The notes under the pieces are model-generated. The model saw only the letters and a program-made list of their open reading frames with translations. It searched no databases and was not told where the DNA came from. The translations under genes were made by a program, and so were the position numbers. 64,000 nt of DNA. Source: Vicinamibacteria bacterium (GTDB taxonomy: Bacteria > Acidobacteriota > Vicinamibacteria > Fen-336 > CBDFGD01). Of this stretch, positions 60,406 through 64,000 are shown piece by piece (within the stretch, counting starts at the first letter, position 1; each line of letters begins with the position of its first letter). The stretch is from the NCBI GenBank assembly GCA_965246965.1, contig CBDFGD010000002.1:1612890-1676889 (forward strand), given 5' to 3'.

Positions 60406-62768
60406 TCACCAACTGAAGGTCGTGTGCGCCAAGGTGCGTCGCCCCAGAAGATCACTACCGAAAGCCTGGTAGTGCTTTTCGTTCAGCAGATTGGTGACGT
60501 TGACGCCAACGGACCAACGGTCGTCGACTGCGTAGTTTGCGGTCGCGCTCACCAGGTTGTAGGAAGGCACGGGCCCCATCCAGACGCCGCTGCCCCAGAA
60601 GAAACTGTCCACCCAGCGATACCGCATGGAGACATCGAACTTCGGCTGCGAGTACGTGAAGCCGAAGGCCAGCTTGTGCTCCGGCGTGTTGGGGAACAGC
60701 GTTCCGCCGACGCCCTCGTCCTTCACCTCGAAATCGAACCACGAGTACGTGAGATCGAGCAGCCACCCGGTTCCGATCGCGTAGCTGACGGCGACGTCGA
60801 CACCCTGGACGTCCACCCGGCCGGCGTTGGTGAAGCCGAGCGGAATGAAGACCGGGCTGCCGTCGACGTCACTCAGGAGGAAGGGGAAGAACGGTCCCAC
60901 CTCGTTTCGGAGGGCTGCCAGTACGGGGCCGGGGTCCGGATGTCCCGGCGGCGGCTGGTAGGGAGCGAACCTGGAGTTGAACGTGCCAAACGGATCGAGC
61001 AGGGGTTGGGTGATGAAGTTCTGAATCTCGTTGCGATAGTAGTCGATCGTCACGAACGCCCGGTCGCTGATGATGACCCGGTACCCGGCCTCGATGCTCG
61101 TGACGCTTTCGACGTCGAGATCTTCGTTGCCAACCAGGCGAACCGAGGTCGGCGTCTCGAAGCCGCAGGAGACGCCGAAAGGCGTGCACTGGCTGGCTTC
61201 CACTGCCGTGAGGTCGACGGCTGGGAGCGGCCCTTGTGGCGTCGGAAGGAAGAACGGCAGGTCGAGAAAGAAGTCCCCGTAGGTCGGCGCCTGGAAGGCG
61301 TCGTTGTAGGTCAGGCGCAGAGTGTGGCGCGGAGTGATCCCCCAGACCAGGCCGGCCTTGACCGATGCTCGCCCATCGAACAGCGTGCCCTCGTCCCAGC
61401 GCGCCGCGACCACGAGCCGGACGTCGTAGGGGAACGCGTAGTCAGCCTGGCCGAAGACCGCTTTCGAGTCAGCCTCGAGGGGGCCGAACCAGCGCGTGAC
61501 CGATGTCGTCAGTGCGGTAGGAGGCACCACCAACCAACCGCAGCCGCCCAAACTCGTCATGGGCGAGGATCTCCAGATGTCGGCGTTGCGAGTCGTCGAA
61601 GAAGCTTCCGCCGGTGGACAGGTCGACGAACTCGGGAGCCTGACGATCGGTGTAGTAGGCGCGAGCCTCGAAGCGCCGGCTGGTGAAGTCGAGCCGCAGC
61701 CATTTCTGCTCGATGGGCTCGGTCAAGTTGAAGCGCCCTGGAAAGGCTACCGCAACAGGGTTCCCACTGAGTTTTTGAAAGCCGGGCTCCAGAGTCAGCA
61801 GGGAGCCGCTCTCGAAGTGCTTGTCGAGGCGCACGGCGATGGTTCCAGACCCGACGCCGTTGTCGGACAGGGGCAGCAGCTCCGTAGGCAGTCCGGCGTA
61901 CTCCGTAGACTCGTGGCGGGAACGGGTGAAGTACTCGCCGTCCTGGTAGTTCCCCACCAGCTTGAAGAACCACCCGGCGCCGAAGCTGGAAGCCCAGCGC
62001 AGGTCGCCACGTAGGAAGGCGGGGTCGCCCGCGGTCAACCTGAGGCTGCCACCCCTGGCTGTCCCTGGGGCGCTTGGTGGTCAGGTTCAAGACCCCGTTG
62101 AAAGCGTTGGCCCCGTAAAGTGAGGAACTGGGCCCCTTGACCAACTCCGCACTCTCCAGATCCATGAGGTTGCGCGGGAAGTACTCCTGGAACGCGGCGA
62201 AGGGTACCAATTGGTCCACCCCGTCGAGGAAGACCTGGACGCGTCGATTGCTGTAACCGTTGAAGCCGCGGGCGTTCACCTCGGACAAGAAGCCCGAGGC
62301 GTTGACCACATGGATCCCTGGAGCGGACTCCAGCAGCTTCGGAATCTCCCCGGCTCCCGACTCGCGGGCGATGGCTGCTTCGCTCAGCGTGGCGACCGCG
62401 GCCGGAGCATCGATCGCGCGCTCGACCCGGCGCGACGCCGCCACGGTGATGTCTTCGAAGAAGCGTTGCTGCCAGTCGACCGTCTCCTCGATCGTGCGTG
62501 TCTCGCCTTCCTTCACCTCGATCTCGGGAACGGAGCGCGTCTGCCCACCAAGGCTCAGGGTGACCGAGTAGACGCCTTCGGGAACCCGCTCCAAGAGGAA
62601 CGAGCCGGCTCGATCGGTGATTCTGCCCGCTCCAGTCGGGTCGAGCGTCACTTCTACACCGGCGACCCCTCGGCCCGCCTCGTTGAGAACACTTCCTTCC
62701 AGCCGGCCCCTGGCCAGGGCCAGGTTGCTCCCCGACAGCCAGACGATCAGGACCAGCGCTACTCTCAT
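60406..62768 (-). pseudogene. TonB-dependent receptor with at least two frameshifts
   Basis: N-terminal carboxypeptidase-regulatory-like plus plug domain in frame A (62768 to about 62050). Barrel segments in frame B (62038 to 61469) and frame C (61560 to 60406, ending …TTFSW). Junctions near 62045 and 61520. Confidence 0.7.
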
Positions 62769-63156
62769 ATCGACCGCAAGTCTCTCCTCAGCCTGTTGCC
62801 GCGTTGACCTGGTGGCACAACCTGGAGAGCGTCTCGAGCGAGTAGCGTGCCCCCGAGGACAGGTATTGAGACGCGCCAGTATAGCGTCCGAGCTCCAACC
62901 CTGACGGTATCATCGGCCGCTCGCGAGGCCTGGAACCATGGCCGTCGAGCGACTCGGGCCGTACGTCGTCGAAGGGACGCACCTCCGAGCACGGCATGGT
63001 CGCTGCCAGACACACCAGGAGCGTCGACTGATTCCGGAAGTCGGAGACGGGGTCGTAGACTCCCGCTGAGAAGAGAAGCGCGAGAGCGGGTGGGTGGCCG
63101 GCCAGGCACTCGGGCCCCGCCCGCCGTGGCAGAACGATCGGAGAAAAGAGTGACGC

Positions 63157-63743
63157 AACCCGAGGGGGCGCCGAAGCGACTGATCGTAGCGATCACCGGC
63201 GCGACCGGGTCGATCTTCGGGATCCGGTTGCTCCAGGTGCTGCAGGGCACCGACGTCCAGACGCACCTCGTGATCAGTCGCTGGGGGGCTCGCACACTCG
63301 TCCACGAGACCGCCCACAGCGTCGCGGAGATCGAGTCGATGGCGAGCGTGTTTCATCGCGAGAACGACCAGGGGGCGGCCGTCTCGAGCGGGTCGTTCGT
63401 CACGGCGGGTATGGTGATCGCCCCGTGCAGCATGAAGACACTTTCCGCGATCGCCAACGGGCAGGCGGACGAGCTGATCACGCGAGCGGCGGACGTGGTC
63501 CTCAAGGAACGCCGACGCCTCGTGCTGCTCGTCCGCGAGACGCCGCTCAACGACATCCACCTGGAGAACATGTTGAAGCTGTCGCGCATGGGCGTGGTGA
63601 TCGCCCCTCCGGTGCCCGCCTTCTACAACCGGCCGCAGTCGCTCGACGACATCGTCAACCACACCGTGAGCCGCACACTCGACCTATTCGACATCCACCT
63701 CGACATCGCCGAGCGCTGGGGTGGCATCAAGGGGTCGTCGTGA
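63157..63743 (+). CDS. ubiX: Flavin prenyltransferase UbiX
   Basis: …[19 protein letters not shown]… and …[18 protein letters not shown]… match the UbiX/Pad1 flavoprotein. GTG start at 63157. Confidence 0.85.
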
Positions 63744-64000
63744 CGACGGGCCCCCTATCCTTCTCGCGGCGGACGGATCCCGGGACGGTGCTGGGCACGG
63801 TCGGATACATGTCGCCGGAGCAGGTGCGCGGGCAGGCGACGGACCCGCGGTCGGACATCTTCTCCTTCGGGGCGATCCTGTACGAGATGCTGACCGCGGC
63901 AGCAGGCCAGCGCTCCTCGTCCGCGCGCAGCGTGACCGCGGCCACCGATGCGGCCGCAGGCTCCGCCCGAAGCCCGCACAGCGCTCCGGCTGGCGCGCGC
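63740..64000 (+). CDS. C-terminal-lobe fragment of a Ser/Thr protein kinase (partial, runs off the window)
   Basis: …[10 protein letters not shown]…[13 protein letters not shown]… (kinase subdomains VIII-IX) with no upstream catalytic lobe. It overlaps the ubiX stop. It may be an N-terminally truncated remnant. Confidence 0.3.
   Translation, partial: MTTGPLSFSRRTDPGTVLGTVGYMSPEQVRGQATDPRSDIFSFGAILYEMLTAAAGQRSSSARSVTAATDAAAGSARSPHSAPAGAR

Overview
This is a high-GC (roughly 68%) window from a diderm (Gram-negative-type) bacterium. The diderm call rests on a TonB-dependent receptor, a LolA-like protein and outer-membrane beta-barrels. The phylum cannot be set from sequence alone.

Gene content, left to right:
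- a DprE1/DprE2-like FAD-oxidase plus short-chain-reductase pair;
- a long TolB-like beta-propeller/amidohydrolase gene carrying an apparent frameshift;
- an SGNH hydrolase and an MFS transporter;
- an Opu-type osmoprotectant ABC transporter (ATPase plus fused permease/substrate-binding protein);
- a GT-C-like membrane protein;
- a LolA-like + 2x FtsX permease + ABC ATPase + outer-membrane-barrel operon;
- a pyrimidine cluster split into pyrR-pyrB-pyrC (minus strand) and pyrK-pyrD-pyrF (plus strand) by an RsbU-like PP2C phosphatase and a membrane alkaline-phosphatase-family protein;
- a yqiJ-like NfeD membrane protein, a flotillin (SPFH) protein and a giant 1832-aa AAA+ P-loop protein in one operon;
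- a WecA-like GlcNAc-1-P transferase, a Rieske protein, a DUF1501/DUF1800 pair, a PIG-L deacetylase, DoxX and UbiX.

Mobile DNA: one IS3-family element (orfA/orfB in a -1 frame arrangement), two nearly identical inverted copies of an IS1182-family element, and an IS110-family transposase remnant.

Most interesting signals:
1. The last 244 bp of the giant AAA+ gene is duplicated 2.25 kb downstream. The two copies differ at about 18 nucleotides but encode only one amino-acid difference. Between them sits a cassette with an HExxH protein, an ArsR fragment and a membrane protein.
2. The two inverted IS1182 copies bracket a 9.9-kb segment. A Ser/Thr-kinase/TPR gene is split seamlessly and in-frame across the two IS junctions on opposite strands, so the segment has inverted.
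3. A ~190-bp intergenic repeat family occurs as tandem pairs at two loci in opposite orientation.

Caution: at least six conserved genes show single-base frameshifts. This is either widespread pseudogenisation or indel errors in the assembly.
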